A stretch of DNA of 63,987 nucleotides, counting the filler, from Choristocarpus tenellus KU-1152 (taxonomy: Eukaryota; Protista; Phaeophyceae), in assembly GCA_964200185.2 (NCBI GenBank). It is 11 parts of 11 records of this genome, joined end to end, with 100 filler letters (N's around TTAATTAATTAA, not from the genome) between each part and the next. Parts side by side here need not be neighbours in the genome. Positions count along the whole stretch, not along the records: positions 51,673 to 55,869 come from CAXNAD020015747.1; positions 55,970 to 61,062 come from CAXNAD020011905.1; positions 61,163 to 63,987 come from CAXNAD020024421.1; 8 more parts are not named here. The stretch is one strand, 5' to 3'. Below the pieces are notes generated by a model. The model worked only from the letters and a program-made list of their open reading frames with translations, did not search any database and had not been told where the DNA came from. The position numbers and the translations under genes are program-made. Shown piece by piece: positions 52,220-63,987 of this stretch (the first letter of the stretch is position 1; the number at the start of each line of letters is the position of its first letter).

Positions 52220-54110
52220 TCACCAAGTTCGAACATGACTGAGCCTATAGGCATTGACCGTTTCAAGATGGGTGAACCACGGACCTCCCCGTCGCCATAT
52301 GGCCGACAGTGGACATGCTAACTGCCTGACCCGATGAAAAGCCCAGATTTTTTTTTCTTCTTCGCTTTGTGAGTTTATACATGTTCGTTTAGCCTGTGCA
52401 TTTCTTTGCATTATTAATACATTTTTTCGGCCCTTCTGGCTCACATGTCTCCATTTCTGTTTCTATAGTAAAACATTTCTAACCTTTTTGTTCTTTCTTT
52501 CTGCTCTCATTTTGCAGCATCTTTGACCATATCAATTCATAATAAAGCATCAACTATTAGTGTGCACATTCAACAATCAACCAGTCAGTCAAGACAGAAG
52601 AGCGTACACGTTGACAGGGCACTCACTTTTATTAATGCCACTATTATCATTATCATCTTCATGTTTCTATCTTCAGCCTGGGGACTATCCCACCTTTGGT
52701 CAGAGGCACTACTACACTCAGTACTACTACTTTCCTTACTAAAAAATGATCTTTTCTACTTTTGTATAGAGTCATCCTATCTTTTCGAAAGGGTTGACAT
52801 TGAGTATTAGGGACCCCTGTGACTATCTTGTCGTTGAGGTGGCCTTCTAAGAGTCAAACCAATTGAGAGGTAGGCAAATCTGGATTACTTTGTATTCCAA
52901 GCCATCTTTCTTAACCTGTGCAGTACACTACTCCATTGCTCTACATGCACAATAGTGTACGCAAAATTGGCATTCCCTCTTTCCACCCACAAAGTGATAC
53001 CACAATTTAGCTAAGGCGCATTCTCAATTAATTGTATAAAATTTTCTCTTTTCACCCTTCTCGGGATCCTTAAAATGCAACTCTGCATATCTCTCAGTTG
53101 GTTTAACTCTACGATGGCATGATTCTAATCGTACTACCTCCGTTTGTGCCTTTGGTTCTTGTGTGTCGGGTTCAGTCAGCCCACTGCTCTTTGCTTTGCT
53201 TTCACTTAAAAGGCATCTGGTGTCACTGTGCCACAAGAATACTCAATCAAGACAGATAGGATAGTACAGGTGAACAATCCGTAGTGCTTGCCACGTGTAA
53301 TTCGGGTAACTGACGAGATATCCATGAAAAATAGTCGGGCGTCAATGGGACCAAACCAGTGAAATTCATGCAGGAGACAGCCTTCATTTAACACTGAGGT
53401 ATGAGGACACCCCTAACAACTCTCCATGTATACACCGTCAATTGAAGCACCAGATGCTAGCCCTTGACCGAGTGGGCTTCATTTTTTGTTGTCCACGTCA
53501 AAATTGTCTGAGGATTATCCTGACCTGTGGTCACAGGTACTATACACTGCTCAACTTCATGTACTCACTACTGACTGACTATGATAACTCTTGCCCTACG
53601 ACTGACTATATTTCATTATACCTCCTCCGTTCCTCCTGTCTTGCTCCTCATGTGATGGGTTCAACAATCCCACCACATGTCACTTTGTCTCCTCCCTCCA
53701 ATCTTCTGTTGGACCCACCCTGAAGTTTCCACCTTTATTTTGGTCTGGTGTCCTTGTGGTAAAGTCACAGACAGGATATTACGTATGTCCAATCTGCTGA
53801 GCTTGCAACGTGGAATAGCACCTCATCGAAATTAGATTTCTGTGGAAAGAAGTCTGGTTTCGGAGAGGTTCGAACCTTTGGAAATTTCTCCAGGTACCTG
53901 ACCTGCCAATCAATGAAGTACGAGGACAGTTGGCTTATAGTAGAAAATTGAATTCCTCGACAGGTTGTTACTTCTACTAGCAAAAAAATCGTTTTCTGAG
54001 AAATAGTTGTGTTAAAATAGTCTTTGAATCTTTGTTTTCCACAGTCAACCCCCTCTGTCATGATGTTCTTCAGCCTTCAACAAGACATGATTGAGGAAGA
54101 GCGCATCTGG
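52220..54110 (-). CDS. Possible multi-exon hypothetical gene divergent from the gamma-CA-like gene
   Basis: Several minus-strand segments follow CAG acceptors (VRYLEKFPKV...SADWTY, LNEGCLLHEFHWFGPIDARLFFMD, CLLSESKAK...QTE, VKKDGLEYKVIQ). Phases not all reconciled. Confidence 0.35.
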
Positions 54111-54450
54111 TAGAGGAGGAAGAACACAGAAAAGAAAGTTGTATAAATCAAAATTTTAGATGGATTCTTTGTATCTCTTTTCTGGTCAATGCTTGCACAC
54201 ATATCCCACAAAGGCGTCGTTCGCGCATACCTGTATACAACGTGTGTTGTTAAGACAATTTAGTCGATAGTTTTCCAATCCAGTTATATAAAACCGAAAA
54301 TTCTTTCGGTTCACATCACATCAATAACATAGTAAATTATGATAAGGTGTGGAACTAATGTACCAAATATTTTCAGGACATAGGTAGGGTTACTGTACAA
54401 TAGTGAAGTACAAGACAGATATTGAAGTATTGGACAGAAGACTACGCAAG

Positions 54451-55529
54451 ATGTCCCTATCGAAAGCTGTTGGTTGGAACCTGAAGGTAAGACCCCGCAG
54501 GAGCAGTGCTCTTGGTGCAGTGGTGAGGGCCTTCAGCTCAACGGAAACGACCGTGTCTCCTGGCAACCACTCTTGTGAGTCAACCATTACACTGGCTCGG
54601 GATCACACGTCAGATTTTGGTCTTCTTTTCTTGCGAATTTAGTCTCAACAGTTGTTTTTCATGCCCCTTCCCAGTCCTAATGCATAGGCCAATCATGAAT
54701 ATATTCGAACAACGGGGCCGCAGTGTCGCAAATGGATTCGTTGCACCAAACGCGTCAGTGGTGGGAGATGTGAAAATGATGGATCACTCCTGCATTTGGT
54801 ATGGAGCGGTTGTGCGCGGTAAGTAGTACCAGATGTTTGTGTCATATTTCTGTTTTCCTATGTAGACGTCCATCCAATTTATCTAGTTCAAAACAAAGCT
54901 GAACTGATCTTCATCACATGAGACATTTTTTAGAGCCAATTCTAAGAGTGTGCATATCGTCAACACACAACATAAGTCGTCCTCATTGGCAGTGGCTTGG
55001 AAGGTCTCTTCCCGTTACTGTCTTCTTGTACCCCCCTGTCCCTCTTCATGTGCACACGTTTACGTTAGGGATGGTGTAAATATCCTAACTGGAGCTAAGA
55101 GTAGAGCTGGCATGTTTTATGAATATCTCGACTTTCAGGGGGATAAGATCTTGTTACAGAGTTACGTGTGCTTACTTGCCCGCTTGATCCTCTTCCACTT
55201 CCAGATCTCTCTTGAGTAAGTGTTATGGGAATATGGTATCTCTTATTGTGAGTTTGAAATTTGAGTACTCCGACTCCCCACGCTAATGGGACGTGTTTAG
55301 TGTTGAACCGTAGCGAGCTAGAGAAGATTTGTCTCACGCTTGAACAAACTCCCCTTCCTATAGCTGATAAGAATGCAGTGAAGATAGGTGCACATGTATC
55401 TGTTGGAGACAAAACTGTGATCAATACTGTGGGCCGTGTGGACACGGGTTTCTCTTCTTCAGTGGATGTTGGCTCGTGGACATTGATTGAGCCTGGTGCT
55501 GTGTTGACGTCTTGCTCTATTGGTGACAG
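54451..55529 (+). CDS. Mitochondrial gamma-carbonic anhydrase-like protein (complex I CA module), first three exons 54451-54574, 54675-54818, 55364-55529
   Basis: Arg/Ser-rich presequence with RAFSS, then HRPIMNIF...FVAPNASVVGDV...IWYGAVVRADKNAVKIG...VGDKTVI hexapeptide repeats; phases consistent. Confidence 0.88.
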
Positions 55530-55805
55530 GTGCGGACACGTGTGAAATGTCCTGCCCCATGCTGAGATATGACATGTGTGCCCCATGCTGACACTTGGTA
55601 GTGGATTTCATGCAATTTTTCTCCTCCGAGTAAGTCGCTTGATTGAGGTTGAACTATGTGCCACAAAACACTGTAAGTTCATCCCCCTTTCCTTTTTCGA
55701 GGATTCCTATGGATTCTCGATGCAATTTTGCTTGTACAACGATCCTGTCATGACTGGTGTTGGATGGACTGGGAGTGGAGGAAACTGGAATTGTTAGGCG
55801 TTATT

Positions 55806-55869
55806 GGGTCAAAGTATCTTGGGGGAGGGGGTGCCGGCGTCCGTTTTCCACCCTTTTTTCGATTTTCAC
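55806..55869 (+). mobile_element. MITE family C 5' end, truncated at contig end
   Basis: GGGTCAAAGTATCTTGGGGG...GGCGTCCGTTTTCCACCC. Confidence 0.8.
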
Positions 55870-56899
55870 NNNNNNNNNNNNNNNNNNNNNNNNNNNNNNN
55901 NNNNNNNNNNNNNTTAATTAATTAANNNNNNNNNNNNNNNNNNNNNNNNNNNNNNNNNNNNNNNNNNNNATCCTTGCCGAGGTCAAGAGTGGGTGCGCGA
56001 ACACACAGGAAGAAAGAGTGGGAAGGCTTTTTTTCTACCAAAACCCTTCACTTTAATCAAGTAATAGTCCTTCTGTTGCCACTCTTGGTGAGCTACAATC
56101 CAGGGTTCGAACCCCAATGTGACCGCTCTTTCTTCAAAATAATACTATAAATTTTAAAAAAGCGAAAAAAAAAACAATCCCGCACTCTGGAGGGTCTTTT
56201 GACGGGCATCACGAATGTGCTTTTTCTGTATAAATCCGGTGTCTACATCAAATGTTATGACGGGACAACCCTAGAGGGCGAAGTTACTGGTGCCACTATA
56301 CCTACCTGAAGATTGAAGTGGTTTTTTGGAGTAGAATTTTTCTTGTCTTTCTCCGATAAATATTATAATATTAATCAGAGACAGACACAGTCTCTCGCTT
56401 TTGCTTTGATTTTGCAAGATGTAACCATTTCTAGTTTTCTATTTTGTAAATTAGAGGCATCAAAATCCAGATTTTACACACTAGTTCAGCCCCATACATA
56501 CTTTTAGAACCCCAGTCTGATCGTGTTTGAATCACAATTTCCACTGGCTAACCCTATCAGAAATATACAACCACCTTCCATAAAAGGGTTAACAACCGTC
56601 GCTACTATTATTCATAATACTGTGTCATTTGAACCTATGTTATATTTTTTGCATGAAAGTATATGCATTATGACATAGTAATACTTGGAATACATACATA
56701 ACTCGCATCGAAATATTTTATGGAAGTTTAAGATATTGGATACGTACGTACTGTAGGTATACTATATAGTATTATGATTAAGCTAAGTGAGTAGTGTTGT
56801 GAGTGCTGACAGTAGTTGAATTGGTTTCAAAACGATATTTGGAATAATCCAACAACTGAGCTGAGAAGGTTTGTTCGTCATTCAACAAGCGTAAGTCTG

Positions 56900-57123
56900 A
56901 ACGTCGGTGGAACCACCACTATTGAGAATTGGTTTGTACACGGTTTCAATACAAATATATACAGAGGATTGAGTGGTGACGTTGGCGGGACCACTATTGA
57001 GAGCTGGTTTGTACACGGTCTCAATGCAAATAAATACACAGCATGGAGTAGTAACGTTGGTGGGACCACTATAGACGGCTGATTTGTAAATAGTTTCAAT
57101 ACAAATAAAATACAGAGCGTTGG
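56900..57123. repeat. ~75-bp tandem repeat x3
   Basis: Unit ACGTTGGTGGGACCACTATTGAGAGCTGGTTTGTACACGGTTTCAATACAAATAAATACAGAG... Confidence 0.85.
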
Positions 57124-58443
57124 TTTCGATGAAGGGACAACTTTTTACGGCTGGTTACGAGAGTAGAGGGCTTCAAGCACTCTGTGATATTGACCCTACA
57201 ACATATTGTATGTGATGACACCGTATGGTGATCCTCGTGGGAACCGTTTGGTGAATCGTAGCATGAATAATTATCTCCACCGCTTTTCATGTCCATTGAT
57301 GGTGTATAGTGCACATGAAAAATTTGAGTCGTCCTATCTTTGAGGGAGCGTCAAGACTATTTGGGGGCCTCGTGACTGGCTTCTGGTACATGCGCCTCTA
57401 ACACTTTGTAGGGCGATTTTGCGTTATGTGGACAACTATGGGTTTCCTCTTCTGCAGCGACAGCCTCGAATGAGGGGTAAGTTGCATGCAAGGCTTGGGT
57501 GTCAGACAGAATATTTCAAAAGTCGAACATGCTAAGAAAAGGCTCCAACCAAATCTTCCTGTGAGATGTAATGCTTTTTACTACTTCTAAGTGTGTTTCT
57601 TACTCCCTCAAAGCTAAACGAAGAGAAAGTGAGTGTCGAAACTACACCCTACAGGCCCCCCACTAATGAGTACGTCTCTACAAACTAATGTCATATATAG
57701 ACAAAATTACATCAATTCCCATCGACTTCTGAACTTCCTACATGCAATACAGTTGGCAAGTTCGCAAGAATCTTCCACCACTACGTTGAATATACTTTTT
57801 CTTATTATAGACTGGTACTGAATATCTCAGAGGTCAAAGAACAAAATATTTTGTAATATAGGTTCCTATTCACAATTTACTACTAAATTCACAGTTCATG
57901 GATTCGGATTTGCCTGTTGAGATCTATGGAGGCGTTGGAGTATTTTTTTGTGACGCCATATGCCATTCGGCAATCAGCGCACGATTCGTGCGTGTCGTAT
58001 CTTGCTCTGAAAGCTCGATCGGATAACCAGCCAACCTGGTCTCTCTAGCTCAAATCACACGACACAACATCTGGAGATTGCTATTTGATCGGCATTTATT
58101 TACACAATCTATGGCGAGTCCAGTAGCGCATAATAACAAATATAGAAAGCATTTTCTCAACACAAAAGATATACAAGATACTGAGTATTTCATGCAAGCT
58201 CAAGGAATTTATATTCCCGACACCACCTACTAGTTACTATCACATATACTACTGCATATATACAATGGCCTGTGTTAATAATAACGGTAGTAGTAGCAGT
58301 GCCTACCTCTGCCTTTGTTACCAACATCTCGTGTGTGGGAATGATGTGTCAGGCATTATTAGTTTTCTGAAGCTCTAAGCGCTCTTAGGGTCTAAGTAAA
58401 TAGACCCCCCTCTCAGACAGGATGGCTCTTCTCATAGTGTTGC

Positions 58444-58620
58444 GTACTCAGAGTTGCATTTTAAGGATGCGAACAAATATGTACAAACTTCCGATTTTAT
58501 AACAAACGTGTACAGGATATTTTCTGAGTGTGTCGGAATGTTTTCAAACAAGAGAGAAATGAACGCTCTCAAGTCAAAATTCTGACTTCATCAAAAGAAA
58601 TATGGGTGAATTGCAAAAGA
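58444..58620 (+). repeat. Dispersed repeat, homologous to 11694-11876
   Basis: Shares the motifs listed for 11694-11876. Confidence 0.75.
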
Positions 58621-60986
58621 TTAATTGGAAAAGATTGAAAAAAATGACTAAAAATGGAAAATGACTAAATAAAGTATGCGTACCTCTCGTTTACTCAGAC
58701 TCAGTACTATATGCTCGGAGTATATATTTCCCCTGCTTGCTTGAAGTAATTCATCACTATTACTTTGTATATCCATCAACAGTATCTTTGGTGTAGTCGT
58801 ATTAATAACAGTACCAGAATGTGTTGGGCATAATTGCTATGAAGAGAGGACCTCTCATATGGGCAGGAAAAATATATAAAAGTTGCACAAGATACTGATA
58901 TTACTCGGAGTACTGCTGCAACAAGTACTCCGTCTGCTATCAGTTATGTGGGGGTCGGGCTTCCTTAGTTACTGCCATCGTTCAAAGTTGACTACATATA
59001 CATGCACGCATACATACACACTCACCACCAGCAACAGGACATTTACTAGCCATAATCATCCGCCTAAATCCATCTGACTCGGGTGATAAACATTATTACA
59101 ATTATATATAGTACTAAAGGAAACAAAAAAAGAGAGTGAATGATGAGCATAGTAAAAACAATTTGACCTCATGTGATCTGTACTCAGAGGAAAAACAAAA
59201 ATGCACATCACCAATCAGCAATAACAAGCACTAATAATGTATTAATGATGTATCACACTACTATCATACACCTGCTTCATCATCCATGTACATTACAACA
59301 ATGAATGAGTGATAGTTCCCCCAACCCTTGATCTACTCTCGTATCTGGCAAGTAAAAAAAAAACTGTTGGGCAAACGTCAAAAAGAATAGTCACCTTGCT
59401 TTGAGCGATTCAATTTATCACAGAAATACGGAAGCCTGCATGCACGTATGCTAAAATACAAACACAAAAATAAAACAAAAATAAAACAGATTCATGTAAT
59501 GAGTACTGTCTTGGAGTATTGACTCTTTGGCTGCTCTTGACTCCACACATGCCATTTTCGAAACCTATAGACTTGATCCCGTAAAAAATGTAACGTAAGG
59601 CACAAAGACAAGAGTCAAGCAAGCGCACATCACTTGCACAAACAAACACAATAATCTTTTGACGACATTATCAACTGTGCATAAAAAAACACTATATACT
59701 CCACAAAACGCCCCTTGCCCCCCCCTCCCGTGTACAACAGTGCACTTCTGTTGCAGCATGTCCCTGACCTACAGCCACGGTAAACCAGCTGTAGGGTGAT
59801 CCCTCTATTTACAACAAAACTACCTCAATACACCAATCACAACAGGTCCAACACACGATCAAGATACACTCTTCACTGCAGCCACTAACAAGGGGACCCC
59901 ATCCATCACACGGACGGAATCATAAGCTCAGTACAACAAACTCTTGGCGGAGTAGACCCCCTCCCACACAACCGCTCAGTGTTTAAATCGCCTTCCCATA
60001 CACACACGAGAGAACTCCCAACGCAAACGCCTCTTCGCCAAGAACAGCACAAGTAAGATCTCAGCAGACTCCTTGATATTAAACTCCCACAGAAGTGCAG
60101 TTGCAAACGAGGATCAATCAACAGAGACACTGCATGCTCCAAGGAACAAAATCGACCAAGCACTTCAAAAGAAGCATGCTCTCATCGTGGGTGCAGATGA
60201 CCAGGACCCCCATGGTCCGCCAACTCAACACTCCTGGTGGTGTTTGCTCATTGAAACAAGAGGAGCTGCCCGTGTAGCATGCCTACCCCTTTGCCATCCC
60301 ATTCACCTTCTAAACACGTCGCCGACCACGACCAAACAGCCTCAGCATATAAACAATATCGAAATATACCTCAGAAACATCACGCACTACACGCTAGACC
60401 AACCAAAAGTCAAAAAAAGGTTAAAAACTACAACAGTTTAACACTCATAAAAGTATGTTTCCCATCCAGCACCGGAAAGCACACAGGACAGCCAATCAGG
60501 GCATGCAAGTCCCTTGTCACCCGTCAGTTACGGCAACTTCCTCTTTCACGCACCCCTCATCCTCCCTAGAGTGGTATCCAAACAGCCCTACGGATGCATC
60601 CCACGAGAACGATGCTATGAGAGGGAGGTACGGATGCCAGGAAACGTCTCGAGAATTGTTCTTGTGCCATGCCAGATCCCTCACCTGGACAAAAAAGAAG
60701 AAAATACTCCGAAATCAACAATAGGGAGCAAGCCAAGACAAGTCCCAAGCAACACAACTCAAAATTGAAGGGATTTCAAGCAGGAGCAGGAACAGGAGCA
60801 GCATGACAGCTGTGGACACAAAAAAGAGATGAGCAAGCATCTGGCGACATGGCTGCATGCAAGAGGGTGCCAAATGGTTAGTAGTACCTAACTGTCAACA
60901 AGTTCGAGAGAGGGGTTCCGTGGACGAAAAGAATAATTATCTCTTTCTACTCTCCAACCTCCCTACTCAACCCACAGTCTTAGCAC

Positions 60987-61023
<37 letters not shown>

Positions 61024-61289
61024 ACCCAAAAACCCCACCCCAAAAAAAACACCAAAACCACANNNNNNNNNNNNNNNNNNNNNNNNNNNNNNNNNNNNNN
61101 NNNNNNTTAATTAATTAANNNNNNNNNNNNNNNNNNNNNNNNNNNNNNNNNNNNNNNNNNNNTTGTATCCCTGCCCAAAAAAAATAAAAACATCACCCCC
61201 CTAAATTTTTTTTTTTTTTTTAAAAATTTTTTTTTTTATCTTTTTTCCTTTTTTTCCCCCCCCCCCCCCCCCCCCCACCCCCCTCCAAG

Positions 61290-63725
61290 ATATTGATGCT
61301 GTTAAATGCTTACTACCTGGCGTTTATTGCAGCATACTATGTGGGGAGGTCAATAGAAACGCCTTCAACGTATGTTTGGCTGTTTGTTCTACCACTACCC
61401 ATTCTGCTTGTGGTACTAGCCGTGTACAGGAGGATGCTGCCACTGTATGCCTTGCTCTCTGCAATAGTTATGGTGGATGACAACGAAGCTGCCTTGGTGA
61501 GATGAGCTATGAGGAGAGCCTGATGTGTGTTGGTTTGTGAGGACTTGTGTGCTGTGTAGTAGAAGGTGATGTAATGGAGTGAAGGCATAGGTGTGGTGAG
61601 ACTGTGAGAGGATGTGCAGGGTGTATGTTTTGTCGTTTTTTGAGTTTGATTTTTTTGATTATGTACAGGTAGAAATGGACCTGGTGAGGTGAGACTGTGT
61701 TAGGGTTAGGGTTAGCCCTAAGGATGTTGGTGGAGTGTTTCGGTGGAAGGCGTTAGTTTGATTTGTGTGTGTGTGTGTCAAGTTGTGAGAGGTTTGTGAT
61801 TTGCATGCGAAGGGCTCTTTCTATTCTGTTTTATTATTTTTGGGTTAGGGTTAGGGTTAGCACTAGAGTCCATTGTCTATGTTTTTTATTATTAGTCTTA
61901 AGGACCATCCCGACCTATGGTATATGGGTTAGGTTTAGCATATGTATGGTACATTATTGAGACACTTCCAGAAGAGGTCCAGAGGCGATCAGATTAGAAC
62001 CAAGGTGGTGTGCTATGCACGATGTGTTGTGTTTTGTTGTGTTGTGTTATGTTATGTTGGTGTGTCAGGTGAGTGAGGAGAGTGAGGAGGCAGACAAATT
62101 ACGGAGGAAGGTTGTGGTGAAGATTCAGAAGGAACTATTGAACCACATTAAGGTGAGAATGCACTCTACAATTTATAGTGTCAATACTTGAATATCTTGC
62201 ATGCATTGCCCATCAATCACATTCCTAATCTTAGTGATTTTGCCTTGATGTATGGCATACATACTGACTGTAAAATTGAGTTTTTAACTATTTTATTTTA
62301 CCTCTTTTGTTTTTATTTTTCGAAAGCTTGAACATAACTATATAGTTAATGGTTTTGTTGTTCTAACACTATATATACAGTCTGTAGTGGCTGCAATGAG
62401 ATGGTGATGTTGAGAGTGACTTGATATTTTATTTTTGGATATAGACATGTTATGTCCTTGGAGGTGGCAGTAGAATGAAGTGTTGCATTGCAGTATGACA
62501 CATTATTATAATTCAAGTTTAAATTAAGGGTTAGGGTTGGTGTTGTTTGGCCTGTGTTCGGGAGGTATACAAACAAAAATTTAAAAATGTGATAGAATTT
62601 TTGTAAAAAATTAGAAAGATTACACAAAGGAAATAAAAGTAAAGATCCCACAAGGTGGATGAGATGTATTGGCTGTGTAGATGAAAAAAAGTTGGGGACA
62701 AAATTGTTGCAGGATGGTTCTCGACATGTATTTTTTTTAGTTCTGATGTAACTGTCACAGCCCGTACCATGGTACAGGGAAGTAAAGAGTGTATGGAGTC
62801 AGAGACCAAAATTATGGTGTGATTATTTTGAGGACGAGTTGGAGACTCGTACCAAGCAGATATTGAGGGGATTGACAAATCGATATGATGTTATGAGGTA
62901 TACTGTCGTTATTGGTGTATTGCATATATATACCATTGGTGGTATATACCCTATGCTTCATACCATCATCAGTTTCTTTCACAGTAGTTTCTCATACCAT
63001 TCTTTCCCCTGTCATTACTCCCTATATTTACCTCCATGGTGTTTGTGACTTTGTTGTGTGTGTAGTAATGTGTCAGTAAGAAAGTACTACTTAGGGTTAG
63101 GGTTAGGGTCAGGGTTAGGTTACTAATTGTAGTATTGAAAGTGCAGGTGAAGAAACTGCAGGTAGAAATGTGTGTGTTTTTTGTTGAAGATGATAGAATG
63201 TATGGAAATACATATATATATATATACTTTTGCTGACCTTGGCCAATCGAATCGATGTACTGATACTGGCTGACCAATCAGTGCAACAGGTTTTTGCATT
63301 TGTTTTTAATCGCCAGCACGCAGTTGCAAAAGAGGACATATCACGGAGACTTGGTCAAGTTTAGAGTTAGGGCTTTGAAATATTTGGCGTTGATATCTTC
63401 TGCTGATCTTGGCAAACTGGGAGCATGTGACACTGCAGTGAACAGTATATTAGTTCCATATTATATTGTACTTACTATACTATACTATAAAATGCCATAC
63501 AATACAATATAAAAACCTCTGAAATAAAGTATTGTTAGTTTTTTTTACTAATTTTTATTGGGCTGGGATTTGCTTGTTCTTGTCTCTACAGGAAGAAGGA
63601 GCTAGGTTGGCTGCAGCAGGCCTGTGTGACACTGCCACCAGTAAGGAGACTTGCTACGCCAAGCTTTTGCTACGCCTTTGGGATAAGAACTCCGATGGGA
63701 CCATCAGCCCCGAGGAACTGGAGGA
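61290..63725 (+). CDS. Multi-pass membrane protein with C-terminal EF-hand, internal exons 61290-61496, 62069-62152, 63592-63725
   Basis: Two hydrophobic helices (ILMLLNAYYLAFIAAYYVG; YVWLFVLPLPILLVVLAVY), a charged helix and a canonical EF-hand loop DKNSDGTISPEE; phase-0 junctions are consistent. Confidence 0.75.
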
Positions 63726-63766
63726 GTGAGTGTGCTAACAACTATGTTGATATTGATATTGATATT

Positions 63767-63987
63767 GAGTGAAAGTACCTTAGAGGGTACGAGTTTTGCC
63801 CTGTTTGTCCATTTGGGGCTTGGCTTCCCTTGGGGTTTTTTTAGGACATTTTCCTACTCTAAAATATTTCGGAGATGGTAAAATGTATACGTTATGAAAA
63901 GGTGTGTCCAGAACAAGGATATTGACACTTCCTAATAAACACGATAGCCAGAGTTACATCGAAATCGCAACTTGGATTTTGGTTCCA
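63767..63987 (+). mobile_element. MITE family B, running off the window end
   Basis: GAGTGAAAGTACCTTAGAGGGTACGAG..., collinear with 4134-4391. Confidence 0.9.

Noticed and set aside
54403-54450. Upstream GTG start for the gamma-CA-like gene
   Set aside because: In a eukaryotic gene, ATG 54451 gives a plausible mitochondrial presequence; the acidic upstream extension does not fit.
16872-55869. Metabolic gene cluster (aspartate kinase + GlmS-like + glycosyltransferase + gamma-CA)
   Set aside because: The genes lie on different contigs joined artificially, so no physical linkage can be inferred.
59800-60900. Possible degraded LINE fragment (GDLN-like motif on the minus strand)
   Set aside because: It is a single short motif in stop-ridden sequence, which is insufficient evidence.

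Overview
This is eukaryotic, intron-rich DNA, most consistent with a photosynthetic stramenopile (brown-alga-like). The evidence is GT-AG introns of about 0.06-2 kb, a bipartite plastid-targeting presequence and TTAGGG motifs. It is not one contiguous locus. Ten identical 100-nt artificial linkers (N44-TTAATTAATTAA-N44) join 11 contig pieces: 1-3641, 3742-7286, 7387-16771, 16872-22967, 23068-34375, 34476-41237, 41338-45126, 45227-51572, 51673-55869, 55970-61062 and 61163-end. Adjacency across linkers therefore means nothing. Manual exon stitching with phase checks recovers several partial genes: a plastid-targeted aspartate kinase (-); a 13-exon, >=856-aa GlmS-like amidotransferase/SIS protein with hydrophobic, probably membrane-spanning segments (+), which is the most unusual gene here; a sterol-glucosyltransferase-like GT (-) head-to-head with a Chorein-N/BLTP3-like lipid-transfer gene (+); a mitochondrial gamma-carbonic-anhydrase-like subunit lacking its Zn-binding histidines (+); a membrane plus EF-hand protein (+); and several hypothetical genes. 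Mobile DNA includes degenerate Ty3/Gypsy pieces (integrase-chromodomain and RT-RNase H), an end-to-end but dead plant-type mariner with TIRs and a TA target duplication, and three abundant MITE families sharing an AAAGTATCT terminal core, with 4-bp target duplications and nested insertions. No rRNA, tRNA or CRISPR array is supported.
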